A DNA stretch of 64,000 nucleotides. Source: an uncultured Candidatus Saccharibacteria bacterium. GTDB taxonomy: Bacteria > Patescibacteriota > Minisyncoccia > Phycocordibacterales > UBA5272. Location: assembly GCA_964457775.1 (NCBI GenBank), contig CAYWEW010000002.1, forward strand, positions 44,335-108,334, read 5' to 3'. The notes beneath the pieces are model-generated. The model was not told the DNA's origin. It saw only the letters and a program-made list of their open reading frames with translations, and searched no databases. Numbering within the stretch: position 1 is the stretch's first letter; each line of letters opens with the position of its first letter. The translations under genes were made by a program, and so were the position numbers. Shown here piece by piece: positions 1 to 9,263 of this stretch.

Positions 1-1189
1 TATCCTTCATCTTTAATACAATTTCACCAAGGTCAAATCTAAGGATTTCTGGTTTTTGAAAAGCGTCCCTACTTTCAAAATCACTTTTGCTAATAAGACG
101 ATAACATTTTCCAGGAGATGTTCTTCCTGCACGACCCATTCTTTGATTTAGATTCGCTTGAGATGCCTTAGAAAGAGTTAGTGCATCAATTCCTGTATCG
201 GGGTTATATTCTTTTTGTTTTAAAAGACCAGCATCGATAACATGTTTCACTCCATCAATTGTCACTGATGTTTCAGCAATATTTGTTGATACTATTACTT
301 TTCTTTTTCCATTTTTTGCAAAAATTCTATCTTGATCTTGTGGATTCATTGCACCAAATAATGGCAAGACATTTACAGTTTCTGATGAAATTAATGAATT
401 AATAGAATCTACAGTTTTATTTATTTCTTCCTCCCCTGGCATGAATACCAAAATATCTCCTTCTTCATTGTTATTAATTATTTCCTTAACAATTAATCCC
501 GCCTTTACTGTATAATCATCTCCGTCTGGAACTCCTCTGTATTCCAAATCAACAGGAAAAAGTCTTCCCTCTACTTTTGCAACCGGAGAACTTTCAAAAT
601 AATCAGCGAATTTTTGTTCTTCTATAGTCGCAGAGGCTACTACTATTTTAAGTTCACTTTTACCCTTTTCTTTTCTTAATCTTTGAGCTTGTTTAAGTAA
701 ACCGAGACCTAAATCAATATTTAAACTTCTTTCATGTGCTTCATCAACCATCACAATATCCAAATCAAGAAGCATTGGATCTTTACGCAACATATTAAGC
801 AGAATTCCGTCTGTCATAAAAGTAACTCTTGTATCTTCTCCAACTTCTCTTTTCTCTCTTGTAATAAGACCAATTTCACCACCAACTAGACCACCTTTCT
901 GTTGAGCAACATATCTAGAAACACTTCTAGCTGGTAATACTCTTGGTGAAGTTACTGCAATTTTTTTATCTGGATATTGCTCCATTAAATAAATAGGTGT
1001 CCTTGTTGTTTTACCAGAACCAGTTTCACCAACAACAATAACTGTTTTATTATTATCAATCATCTCCATTACGGAGTCTCGTGACCTATCCATTGGTAAA
1101 ACATTGTCCAAAATAACTGGTTGTGTTTCTGCGACAACTGAAGGACTTATCTGCTCTTTATTATTTGCTGGTGGTTGATTAAACTTCAT
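1..1189 (-). CDS. DEAH-box ATP-dependent helicase (HrpA/HrpB-like), N-terminal part; 3' end lies beyond the window edge
   Basis: Reverse-complement translation from ATG at 1189 reads MKFNQPPANNKEQISPSVVAETQPVILDNVLPMDRS... and contains helicase motif I GETGSGKTT. The frame stays open to position 1. Not in the ORF track because it is partial. Confidence 0.7.
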   Translation of the reverse strand, partial: MKFNQPPANNKEQISPSVVAETQPVILDNVLPMDRSRDSVMEMIDNNKTVIVVGETGSGKTTRTPIYLMEQYPDKKIAVTSPRVLPARSVSRYVAQQKGGLVGGEIGLITREKREVGEDTRVTFMTDGILLNMLRKDPMLLDLDIVMVDEAHERSLNIDLGLGLLKQAQRLRKEKGKSELKIVVASATIEEQKFADYFESSPVAKVEGRLFPVDLEYRGVPDGDDYTVKAGLIVKEIINNNEEGDILVFMPGEEEINKTVDSINSLISSETVNVLPLFGAMNPQDQDRIFAKNGKRKVIVSTNIAETSVTIDGVKHVIDAGLLKQKEYNPDTGIDALTLSKASQANLNQRMGRAGRTSPGKCYRLISKSDFESRDAFQKPEILRFDLGEIVLKMKD

Positions 1190-1598
1190 AGGATTTATTT
1201 AATGAACAAATAAATTCTGAAATTAAAGTAATGTCATTATTTAATTCGATACTTTTATTCTTCATTTCATAAGGTTCAATAACTTCTTCACTGAACTTAT
1301 CAGAAACAATATAATAACCCCCTTTTCCTTCTATAGATATTTTATTAATAACATTAAAAAGAGAATCGAGGAATTGTTTAATTTCCTCCACATTATAAAA
1401 ATCTTTCTTTAAAAAAATATTCCTACCTTGGAAACCAGAAGAACTTTTATTTTTTAAATAAAAAATTATGTCCTTGTTGTCTATATATAAATATTCTTCT
1501 ACTTTTAACATGTGATAAGTATAACTTTTTCTATTGGGTTTTAAAAATAATAAGCGTGACCTTCGGTTGCGCTTATTATTCTGCACGAAAACATACAA
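1179..1598 (-). CDS. hypothetical protein (139 aa)
   Basis: ORF track only. The first ~30 codons overlap a terminator-like hairpin (1548-1578), so the true start may be the internal Met near 1511 (MLKVEEYLY...). No recognisable domain. Confidence 0.35.
   Translation of the reverse strand: MYVFVQNNKRNRRSRLLFLKPNRKSYTYHMLKVEEYLYIDNKDIIFYLKNKSSSGFQGRNIFLKKDFYNVEEIKQFLDSLFNVINKISIEGKGGYYIVSDKFSEEVIEPYEMKNKSIELNNDITLISEFICSLNKSYEV
1540..1578 (-). terminator. intrinsic terminator downstream of gap and its 3'UTR element
   Basis: On the minus strand: stem AATAAGCG / CGCTTATT with loop CAACCGAAGGTCA, followed by ATTTTTAAAA. Confidence 0.5.
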
Positions 1599-1627
1599 AC
1601 TCTACAAAAAATTCAGAAATTGTTTTA

Positions 1628-1715
1628 GATACTGGGAGTATATAAATTTTTTAATGAGACATAGTAGACCTACGGCGAATTAAAAATTTCGTAATGACAA
1701 CGTAGATGAAATAAT
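1628..1715 (-). repeat. 3'UTR palindromic element, copy 1 (same family as 19873-19973 and 22983-23109)
   Basis: Starts directly after the gap stop codon (1716-1718). Aligns with the other two copies: ...tacggcgaattaaaaatttcgtaatgacaacgtagatgaa vs ...ttgcggaagcaaaaatctgtagcaacaaagcagatggg. Its inner stem aaattttttaat/attaaaaattt replaces cagatttttgc/gcaaaaatctg of copy A with both strands changed. Confidence 0.55.
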
Positions 1716-2777
1716 TTATGACTTTATTGTTTTCCCAACTCTTGAAACATGTTCTACGAGAGTATGAGTATACCCCATTTCATTGTCATACCAAGCAAGA
1801 ATCTTAACGAGATTACCTCCAACAACGCGAGTCATTTTAAGGTCTGCAATCGAAGCAAATGGAAGACCAAGAATATCACTAGACACTAATTCTTCTTCTG
1901 TTACTGCAAAAATATCCCTCCATTGGTCAGTTCTAGAAGCGTCCGTTAGAGCCTTATTAATTTCTTCTACTGTGGTAGGACGCTTTGAAATAAATGTGAT
2001 GTCTGCAATAGATCCTGCTGGTGTAGGGACGCGAATAGACACCCCATCAAAAAGCCCCTCAAGGCTCGGAAATGCCTTTGTAACAGCAATTGCTGCCCCA
2101 GTCGACGAAGGTACGATATTCTGTGCAGCAGCACGTCCTTCACGAAAATCTTTCTTATTAGGACCATCTACAATACCTTGTGATGCTGTATATGAGTGAA
2201 CGGTGTTTAATATAGCTTTTTCGATTCCAACAACTTTGTCCAAAATAGCAATTACAGGTGATGAAGCATTTGTTGTACAAGAAGCATTCGATGTAACTTG
2301 AGTAGTTCCGAACTTCTCTTCATTTACACCAAGAAGAATTGTCTCTCCGGGAACGGAAGTATCCTCACCTTTCTTTGCTGGTGCAGAAATAACAACTGCC
2401 TTTGCACCACCTTTTATGTGAGCTGAGGCTTTATCATATGCTACGAATAGCCCAGTAGACTCAACAACCACATCAACTTCATTTGCTCCCCAAGGAATAA
2501 GTGCAGGGTCTCTTTCTTGAATAACCTTTACTCTCATATCTTTTTCTCCTTCAACGACAAGATATTGTTCTTTTATATCATCATGAACTTCTGCATGTAC
2601 ATCAAAATGTGACACGCGGTACACTGTGTCATACTGAAGAAGATATGCAAGATTGTGTACATCTCCTAAATCATTAATAGCAACTACTTCCATATCATCT
2701 CGCTCGAGTGCAACTTTAAAGAAAGCACGTCCGATGCGACCGAAACCATTTATTCCAACTCGTATTTTTTTATCCAT
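1716..2777 (-). CDS. gap: glyceraldehyde-3-phosphate dehydrogenase
   Basis: MDKKIRVGINGFGRIGR Rossmann N-terminus and the catalytic SNASCTTNA motif. Length 353 aa. Confidence 0.95.
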   Translation of the reverse strand: MDKKIRVGINGFGRIGRAFFKVALERDDMEVVAINDLGDVHNLAYLLQYDTVYRVSHFDVHAEVHDDIKEQYLVVEGEKDMRVKVIQERDPALIPWGANEVDVVVESTGLFVAYDKASAHIKGGAKAVVISAPAKKGEDTSVPGETILLGVNEEKFGTTQVTSNASCTTNASSPVIAILDKVVGIEKAILNTVHSYTASQGIVDGPNKKDFREGRAAAQNIVPSSTGAAIAVTKAFPSLEGLFDGVSIRVPTPAGSIADITFISKRPTTVEEINKALTDASRTDQWRDIFAVTEEELVSSDILGLPFASIADLKMTRVVGGNLVKILAWYDNEMGYTHTLVEHVSRVGKTIKS

Positions 2778-2979
2778 ATCAATCTAGTATACAGGGACTA
2801 ATAGCTTGGGACTAGTTGATAACCATTAAGATTGCCGTAAAAACACAAAACCCCTTACAATCAAGTAAGAGGTATTACACAAGTTGGCGAACGCAAGGCG
2901 TTTTTATCAAGCCTAACTTTATGTATGTGATGATGCTGTATATGTCTTTATACAACCAAGACACCTGATGCGATACTAC

Positions 2980-3177
2980 TTAGTTCTCGTAACTGATGCT
3001 TCCTTCCTGTTCATCGAGCGTTGGCTTTCTTGCTGACGAAAGAACAATTGGATCACAACATTCTATGATATGACGGATATAATTCATCCTGTTATAATCA
3101 TAAAAAGCAGGATCTTCTTGATACGAAGGTAGATTTAATTGATACTCGGCGGTAAAGTCATTTGTCTCATTTCTCAT
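2980..3177 (-). CDS. hypothetical small protein (65 aa)
   Basis: ORF track only. Intergenic position downstream of the nrd/nif operon. Confidence 0.25.
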   Translation of the reverse strand: MRNETNDFTAEYQLNLPSYQEDPAFYDYNRMNYIRHIIECCDPIVLSSARKPTLDEQEGSISYEN

Positions 3178-3264
3178 CTTTTGTTTCCCTTTCTTTTAAA
3201 GTGCAACATCATAAGCACCATGCCTATGACATTGTAATACTATCATAATCCCTCTAAAAAACAA

Positions 3265-3966
3265 CTAAAAAATGGCTTCTGTGTAAATTGTTTCTTCTTT
3301 TACACCACCTTCTTTTAGTCCTTTCCAAAAGTCACGAACAAACGGGATAGAGCCACATATAAGAAATTCTTTATTTTCTATATTTTTTGTTTCTTCTAGA
3401 ATATCAAAGACTTTTATTCTTTCATTTTTTATCCCCTCTTCATTAACATCCTGCTGAGTAATATAATTTTTAAATTTAAAAAAACCATTCTCTTGTTGTA
3501 CTTTTTTTAATTCATCTCCAAAAACAATATCACTAACATTCTTATTACTATTAAATAGAAACATTTCTCGTTTTTTGTTTTTTGCAACGGAGTCCATAAT
3601 TATACTTCGAAACGGTGCAATCCCCATCCCTCCTGCAATCATAACGAGTGTCGTATTTTCTTCTTCACTATAAAAATATCCATACGGAAGTGACGCTTCT
3701 ACTTTATCTCCCGTATTCATAGCACATAATTTATTTGAAAATTGCCCAACACCTTTTACAGTAATATTAAGGGTTTGTTCATGTGGCGCACTTGATATGG
3801 TATATGCCTTACCTTCAGCGTTTCCAGCATCATCAAAGTAAACTGTAATGAATTGTCCGGCATAATACTTTGGAACACCAGCATCACATGACAATCTCAA
3901 AGTAAAAACATTTTTGGTTTCTTGTATTTTTTCTTTGACAGTATATTTTATTCTATTTTCTTTCAT
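3265..3966 (-). CDS. FAD/NAD(P)-binding oxidoreductase of the ferredoxin-NADP reductase / PyrK-like family, without a C-terminal Fe-S domain
   Basis: NAD-binding GGMGIAPF motif, an FAD-binding beta-barrel N-terminus (FTLRL...GQFITV) and an AY/TISS flavin motif. Its stop overlaps the start of the NifU-like gene (3953-3966). Confidence 0.65.
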   Translation of the reverse strand: MKENRIKYTVKEKIQETKNVFTLRLSCDAGVPKYYAGQFITVYFDDAGNAEGKAYTISSAPHEQTLNITVKGVGQFSNKLCAMNTGDKVEASLPYGYFYSEEENTTLVMIAGGMGIAPFRSIIMDSVAKNKKREMFLFNSNKNVSDIVFGDELKKVQQENGFFKFKNYITQQDVNEEGIKNERIKVFDILEETKNIENKEFLICGSIPFVRDFWKGLKEGGVKEETIYTEAIF

Positions 3967-4381
3967 ACTCTTCTATTGCTTCACGTAATGCGAGATGCGA
4001 CAACACCGAACAATGGTATTTTCTATCTGGAAGTCCTCCTAATCTATCAATAATTGCTTCTGGTGTTAATCTTTTTGCTTTACTCAGTTCCATTCCTCCT
4101 TTTTCTGTCACCATAACTGACATCATTGATGTTGAAGCAATAGCAGACGCACAACCAAATGTCCTCCACTTACATTCTGTAATAACTTTTTTATCCTTAT
4201 CTACTTTTACCCAAACCGCCATCATGTCACCACAAAGTGGGCTACCTGTTACCCCAAGCCCGTCAGCGACATAGTCCTTATCATCAACTAAAATATTTTG
4301 TGGACGAAAAAAATGCTCTTTTACAGCATCACTATATAGCCAGTTTTCTCCATCACATTTATTATATTCATTTATTGTCAT
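3953..4381 (-). CDS. iscU: Fe-S cluster assembly scaffold, NifU/IscU family
   Basis: Conserved Cys scaffold residues (GSPLCGDMM ... FGCASAIASTS ... HCSVLS), 142 aa. Overlaps the upstream cysteine desulfurase by 4 nt. Confidence 0.85.
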   Translation of the reverse strand: MTINEYNKCDGENWLYSDAVKEHFFRPQNILVDDKDYVADGLGVTGSPLCGDMMAVWVKVDKDKKVITECKWRTFGCASAIASTSMMSVMVTEKGGMELSKAKRLTPEAIIDRLGGLPDRKYHCSVLSHLALREAIEEYERK

Positions 4382-5604
4382 AGATTTATAGTTAATGATG
4401 ACATACTTTTTAGTCTTTTTACAATACCCGATAATTCATTTACGAAGTAATCCAAATCCTCTTTTGTCGTATCCTTTCCTAAAGAAATACGAATACTGCC
4501 GTGCACAAGATTAGATTTAGAATCAGCAGATTCTCGACTGTGCTGTAAATTAATTGCATGTAATACATGTGAAACCTCCAAATCATGCGATGAGCAAGCT
4601 GAGCCGGTAGACACTTGTATTCCAATTTCATCCAACATAAGAACAATTGATTCACCTTCTATAGATGGAATAGAGATGTGCACATTGTTTGGCAAACGAT
4701 TAATTGGGTGCCCGTTTAAAACTATATCATTAATATATTCTCTTAAAATTTTTATCAAATAATCACGAAGTGCAGTTAGCCTTTCGAACTCTTTCACTCT
4801 TTTTTCTTCAACCATTCTAAGTGATTCACACATTCCAACAATAAGTGGAACACTTTCAGTTCCGCTACGTAGACCCTGCTCTTGTCCACCACCAAAAATA
4901 ATTGGTTCAATATTTATATTTTCTTTTTTATATAGTACCCCTATACCTTTGGGACCGTATATTTTGGACGCATTGATTGTCATTAAATCGACTCCGAGAG
5001 TTTGTACATTTATTGGTAATTGTCCTGCTGCTTGGCATGCATCGGTGTGGAAGTATGGACAACCATTAGCTATTGGCATTTGGCTTTTTGTTTTATTAAT
5101 TCTATTTCCTAGTTCTACTATTGGTTGTATAGTCCCTATTTCATTATTCGCATACATCACAGAAACTAGAATCGTTTTATCCGTTATCATTTTCATAACT
5201 TCATCCACATTAACTATTCCATATTCATCTACTGGAATATATTCCAAGACAAAACCCTCTTTTTCTAATTGCTTCGCTGAATCTAATACTGCCTTGTGCT
5301 CAATTGATGAAATAAGAATATGGTTCCCGTGTTTTTTATTATCTCTAGCAATACCTAAAATTGCCAAGTTATCCGACTCTGTTCCCGAACCAGTAAAAAT
5401 AATTTCAGAAGATTTAGCTCCAATGATTTCGGCAACACCCTGCCTTGCACGCTCTATAATATGCTTTGATTTTCTCCCAATTTCGTAGACGGACGACGGA
5501 TTACCATATTCACCACCAAAATATGGCAACATTTTTTCTAGCACCCGCATATCAATAGGTGTAGTTGCAGCATTATCTAAATAAATTAGACGTTTCATTT
5601 CCAT
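4378..5604 (-). CDS. iscS: cysteine desulfurase (NifS/IscS class V aminotransferase)
   Basis: PLP-fold hallmarks including SSIEHKAVLD and the active-site SxGSAC (STGSACSS). Confidence 0.88.
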   Translation of the reverse strand: MEMKRLIYLDNAATTPIDMRVLEKMLPYFGGEYGNPSSVYEIGRKSKHIIERARQGVAEIIGAKSSEIIFTGSGTESDNLAILGIARDNKKHGNHILISSIEHKAVLDSAKQLEKEGFVLEYIPVDEYGIVNVDEVMKMITDKTILVSVMYANNEIGTIQPIVELGNRINKTKSQMPIANGCPYFHTDACQAAGQLPINVQTLGVDLMTINASKIYGPKGIGVLYKKENINIEPIIFGGGQEQGLRSGTESVPLIVGMCESLRMVEEKRVKEFERLTALRDYLIKILREYINDIVLNGHPINRLPNNVHISIPSIEGESIVLMLDEIGIQVSTGSACSSHDLEVSHVLHAINLQHSRESADSKSNLVHGSIRISLGKDTTKEDLDYFVNELSGIVKRLKSMSSLTINL

Positions 5605-5624
5605 ATTTTATAGCATGACATATT

Positions 5625-6314
5625 TTATCGAACTCCACAAAACTGAACATACTTGGTGAGGTTTTTTTGAAATTCAGCAAATTCTTCATCATTATATGTG
5701 GTTTTTTTGATAAATTGAGGGTTAAGAATTTTAGACGGGATAAATTTTTGTAAATAATATTTTTTAGCTCCTTTGATTTCTTTTGCAATTTCTTCGATGT
5801 CTTCCGGCGATAACATCACTTTCAAAACAGTTGTACGGAACTCATACTCCACATCTGAATTCATAATAAGAGATATACTTTTCTTAATTGATTCTATATC
5901 GACAGGACGAGAAACTGTCTGACTATATTTTGCAAGTGGAGACTTTACATCCATTGCTATATAGTCCACTAATTTTTTATCAATAGCTTGTTTCAAAAAA
6001 TCTGGATTGGTGCCATTTGAATCTAACTTAACAAGGAAACCTCTATCTTTAACTTCCTTCATGAAGGAGAGAAGTTTGTCCCCATGTATAGTTGGCTCTC
6101 CCCCTGTTATAACTACACCATCTAGCATTTTCTTTCTACTCTCAATAAATTCCAAAATTTCTTTTTCAGAAAATCTATGTGTCACTGTTTCATCAACTAA
6201 TTCTGGATTGTGGCAATATGGACACCTAAAATTACATCCAACTGTATAGACCATACAAGCTATCTTTCCTGGATAGTCTATAAGTGTACATTTTTCAAAT
6301 CCTCCGAATTCCAT
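5625..6314 (-). CDS. nrdG: anaerobic ribonucleoside-triphosphate reductase activating protein (radical SAM)
   Basis: CNFRCPYCHN radical-SAM CxxxCxxC motif in a ~230-aa protein directly downstream of nrdD. Confidence 0.88.
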   Translation of the reverse strand: MEFGGFEKCTLIDYPGKIACMVYTVGCNFRCPYCHNPELVDETVTHRFSEKEILEFIESRKKMLDGVVITGGEPTIHGDKLLSFMKEVKDRGFLVKLDSNGTNPDFLKQAIDKKLVDYIAMDVKSPLAKYSQTVSRPVDIESIKKSISLIMNSDVEYEFRTTVLKVMLSPEDIEEIAKEIKGAKKYYLQKFIPSKILNPQFIKKTTYNDEEFAEFQKNLTKYVQFCGVR

Positions 6315-6315
6315 T

Positions 6316-8493
6316 TTATTTTATCTTAACCGAAACAGTGACGGGTTCTTCAACGCATACTGGGGATACTTCTCCTGGAATATACATTTCACGAATATCA
6401 TACTCTGCTTTTTTCGCATCATTCCATTGACTAACAGGACGCAAGTAACCAACAACACGTGAATATACTTCGCATGTACTTGTACAAGTTGGGCAAGAAA
6501 AATGTTCGCCTGAAATATAACCATGTGTACCACAAACACTGAAAGTTGGTGTGATTGTAAAATATGGCAATCTATAATTCTCACAAATCTTCTTCACTAA
6601 ATTCGGCACAGCCTTGTAATCAGTCATACGTTCACCTATGAAAAGATGTATAACTGTTCCACCGGTATACTTCGTCTGTAGACCATCTTGGATATCAAGT
6701 GTCTCAATAATGTCTTGTGTATAGTTAACTGGAAGATGTGATGAGTTAGTATAAAATGGCTGAGCCCCCAACTTAACTTCTGGTTCGTTTGCAACAATAA
6801 TATCTGGATACATCTTCTTGTCACGAGCAGCGAATCTGTATGTTACCCCTTCTGCTGGAGTTGCTTCCAAGTTATATAAGTTACCTGTTTCTTGCTGATA
6901 TGAAATCAGTCGATGACGCATGTGATCTAGAACTTCACCAGCCAATACTCTACCATCTTCTGTACCAATATCTTCACCTATAAGATTAAGAGCTACTTCA
7001 TTCATACCAATGAGTCCAATTGTAGAGAAATGGTTTTTCCAATATTCACCAAAACCTTTTTTGATATTTCTTAAATAGAACTTTGTATATGGGTACAGAT
7101 TAGCCTCTGTTAATCTTTCAATAAGTTTTCGCTTAATTTCTAGACTTTCCTGTGCGATGTCCATTTGCTTATCAAGTTTTTCATAGAAGTCTGCTTTTGC
7201 TTTTACAAGATCATCTTTATTCTTACTCTTCGCAACATATGAAAGTCTAGGTAAGTTAATAGTCACTACTCCAACTGAGCCAGTTAGAGCGTTCGCACCG
7301 AATAGTCCACCTCCACGACGATCTAGTTCTTCTAGGTCAAGACGAAGACGGCAACACATTGATCGAGTATCTTCTGGTTTCATATCTGAATTAACAAAGT
7401 TACTGAAATATGGAATACCGTACTTTGCTGTGATTTCCCAAAGGCCCTTCAATTTTTCATTTTCCCAGTTAAAATCTTTTGTAATATTAACTGTCGGAAT
7501 TGGGAATGAAAATACTTTTCCGGTTGCGTCCCCTTCTGCCATAACTTCAAAAAAAGCTTCGTTCAACATATCCATTTCAGCTTGGAAATCTCCATACTTT
7601 TCCTTTTGTTGCTTGCCTCCAATAATTACAGGCATATCTTTGAAGTTTGGTGAAGGATTAAGATCAAGAGTAATGTTTGAGAATGGTGTTTGGAAACCAA
7701 CACGAGTTGGCACATTCATATTGAACACAAACTCTTGAATGGATTGTTTCACTTCCTTTTGTGTAAGATTGTCATAACGAATAAATGGCGCGAGTAATGT
7801 ATCGAAGTTAGAAAAAGCAATAGCTCCAGCTGCTTCACCTTGCATTGTGTACATAAAATTCACAATCTGACCAATAGCTGTACGAAAGTGCTTTGGTGGA
7901 GCTGATTCAATTTTATCGGTAACACCTTTAAATCCTTCAGTGAGAAGATCCATCAAATCCCAACCAACACAATAAATTGCAAGTGTGCCAAGGTCATGTA
8001 TATGAATATCTCCATTTTCATATGAGTCACGAATTTCCTTTGGATAAATTTTGTTCAACCAATATGTCTTACTAACTTCTGAGAATAGATAATTGTTCAG
8101 TCCTTGAAGAGAGTATCCCATATTACTATTCTCTTTTACCTGCCAGTCTAATTTATCAAGATAATTATCAACAAGACCGAGAGATGCCTTGGTTGCGAAC
8201 GCTCTCATCTCTGCGTGCTGTTCACGATAAACAATATATGCCTTAGCAGTTTGCTTATATCTAGAATGCATCAAAATCTGCTCAACAGCATCTTGTATTT
8301 GCTCAACATTAGGGAAATTACTGTATTCTTTATTTTCTATATATGCGACTATTTGCTCAGTTAAATCTCGGGCCTCATCATCTCTAAATTCTCCTGTTGC
8401 CTTACCAGCTTTTGCAACTGCGTGAACAATCTTTTCCTTGTCAAAAACTTCTGTTTTTCCGTCTCTTTTTGTGATTTTTGTGAGTTTAGCCAT
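6316..8493 (-). CDS. nrdD: anaerobic (class III) ribonucleoside-triphosphate reductase with N-terminal ATP-cone
   Basis: ATP-cone N-terminus (KRDGKTEVFDKEKI), a C-terminal Zn-ribbon (CPTCTSTC) and a glycyl-radical motif (RVVGY). 725 aa. Confidence 0.92.
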   Translation of the reverse strand: MAKLTKITKRDGKTEVFDKEKIVHAVAKAGKATGEFRDDEARDLTEQIVAYIENKEYSNFPNVEQIQDAVEQILMHSRYKQTAKAYIVYREQHAEMRAFATKASLGLVDNYLDKLDWQVKENSNMGYSLQGLNNYLFSEVSKTYWLNKIYPKEIRDSYENGDIHIHDLGTLAIYCVGWDLMDLLTEGFKGVTDKIESAPPKHFRTAIGQIVNFMYTMQGEAAGAIAFSNFDTLLAPFIRYDNLTQKEVKQSIQEFVFNMNVPTRVGFQTPFSNITLDLNPSPNFKDMPVIIGGKQQKEKYGDFQAEMDMLNEAFFEVMAEGDATGKVFSFPIPTVNITKDFNWENEKLKGLWEITAKYGIPYFSNFVNSDMKPEDTRSMCCRLRLDLEELDRRGGGLFGANALTGSVGVVTINLPRLSYVAKSKNKDDLVKAKADFYEKLDKQMDIAQESLEIKRKLIERLTEANLYPYTKFYLRNIKKGFGEYWKNHFSTIGLIGMNEVALNLIGEDIGTEDGRVLAGEVLDHMRHRLISYQQETGNLYNLEATPAEGVTYRFAARDKKMYPDIIVANEPEVKLGAQPFYTNSSHLPVNYTQDIIETLDIQDGLQTKYTGGTVIHLFIGERMTDYKAVPNLVKKICENYRLPYFTITPTFSVCGTHGYISGEHFSCPTCTSTCEVYSRVVGYLRPVSQWNDAKKAEYDIREMYIPGEVSPVCVEEPVTVSVKIK

Positions 8494-8861
8494 ATATAAA
8501 ACTTAAATAAATAATAAAGGTTATACTACTAATTATGCTTCGATTTTGATACTCTCGCAACCAAAAAAAGTGGATATAAATTTACCTTACAAGACAATAT
8601 TTTATTTAGAAAAAGTATTTACAAAATCAAAAATTGGTTTATTGAAAAGAGAGGGTTTTTAGGAAGTCACAAGGTACAGGTCACAAATCTGCCTCGCTTT
8701 GCTCGAAGCAGATTCGCGACCCCTAATCGATTCCTCACGCAAATGACGCAGGTCATTTCAGGAATCGGTCACCTCGTCTCGTTTTATGAGTACATAAAAC
8801 ATGAGACTCCTCGACCCCTATTCGATTCCTCACGCAAATGACGCAGGTCATTTGCTGTGGT

Positions 8862-8916
8862 CCCGCAAAATACAAAATCCTACAAATTTAATTTGTAGGA
8901 TTTTGTATTTTGCGGG
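8862..8916. terminator. 26-bp perfect palindrome adjacent to the 3' end of tRNA-Trp
   Basis: cccgcaaaatacaaaatcctacaaa-ttta-atttgtaggattttgtattttgcggg. Shares the TTTTGTATTT arm motif with the hairpin at 19762-19805. Confidence 0.6.
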
Positions 8917-8983
8917 CCCACGAGGAATCGAACCTCGACCAACGGATTTGGAGGCCGTTGTTCTGCCACTAAACTATAGGCCC
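8913..8983 (-). tRNA. trnW: tRNA-Trp (anticodon CCA); CCA 3' end not encoded
   Basis: Reverse complement GGGCCTATAGTTTAGTGGCAGAACAACGGCCTCCAAATCCGTTGGTCGAGGTTCGATTCCTCGTGGGCCC. Acceptor GGGCCTA/TGGGCCC has one G-U pair. D arm GTTT/GAAC. Anticodon loop CTCCAAA gives CCA. T arm CGAGG-TTCGATT-CCTCG. The 31-39 pair is a C/U mismatch. The discriminator is followed by CA, not CCA. Confidence 0.75.
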
Positions 8984-9038
8984 GTGTGCTCACTATTCTA
9001 ACATATAATTTGTAAATTATATCGAAAAGAAAAAGAAG

Positions 9039-9086
9039 TAAAATAAAAACCTGTGCAATGCACAGGTTTTTATTTTACTTCTTTGT
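9039..9086. terminator. 21-bp palindrome overlapping the rpmG stop; terminator for rpmG
   Basis: gaagtaaaataaaaacctgtgc-aat-gcacaggtttttattttacttc. Confidence 0.6.
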
Positions 9087-9236
9087 TTCCTTAAAAGTAA
9101 TATGCTTACGAAGTTTCTTTGAATACTTCTTAAGTTCAATTTTACGAGTTACAAGCTTCTTGTTCTTTGCAGTCCAATAAACTTCCCCTGTTTCCTTATT
9201 CTTTAACTGTATGAGACGGTCTTGTGCTTTTGACAT
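9075..9236 (-). CDS. rpmG: 50S ribosomal protein L33
   Basis: 53-aa ORF MSKAQDRLIQLKNKETGEVYWTAKNKKLVTRKIELKKYSKKLRKHITFKETKK. The C-terminus matches the L33 signature (LELKKY...RKH..FKETK). Below the ORF-track length cut-off. Confidence 0.8.
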   Translation of the reverse strand: MSKAQDRLIQLKNKETGEVYWTAKNKKLVTRKIELKKYSKKLRKHITFKETKK

Positions 9237-9263
9237 AGTTACAGGATTATACGCTTTTTTTGG

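Noticed and set aside
1783-2199. Plus-strand ORFs 1783..2199 and 1967..2167 antisense inside gap
   Set aside because: Fully contained within the strongly supported gap gene on the other strand, with no independent signal.
4949-5488. 179-aa plus-strand ORF inside the cysteine desulfurase gene
   Set aside because: Antisense to a well-supported conserved gene, and low-complexity hydrophobic.
6321-8000. Short ORFs inside nrdD (6321..6584, 6636..6824, 7430..7738) and inside gyrA (19984..20244, 20806..21084, 21191..21427, 21665..21850)
   Set aside because: Embedded in or antisense to long conserved genes.
8801-9001. 66-aa plus-strand ORF spanning the tRNA-Trp gene
   Set aside because: Covers a palindrome and a tRNA. 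The GC-rich structural RNA sequence explains the open frame.
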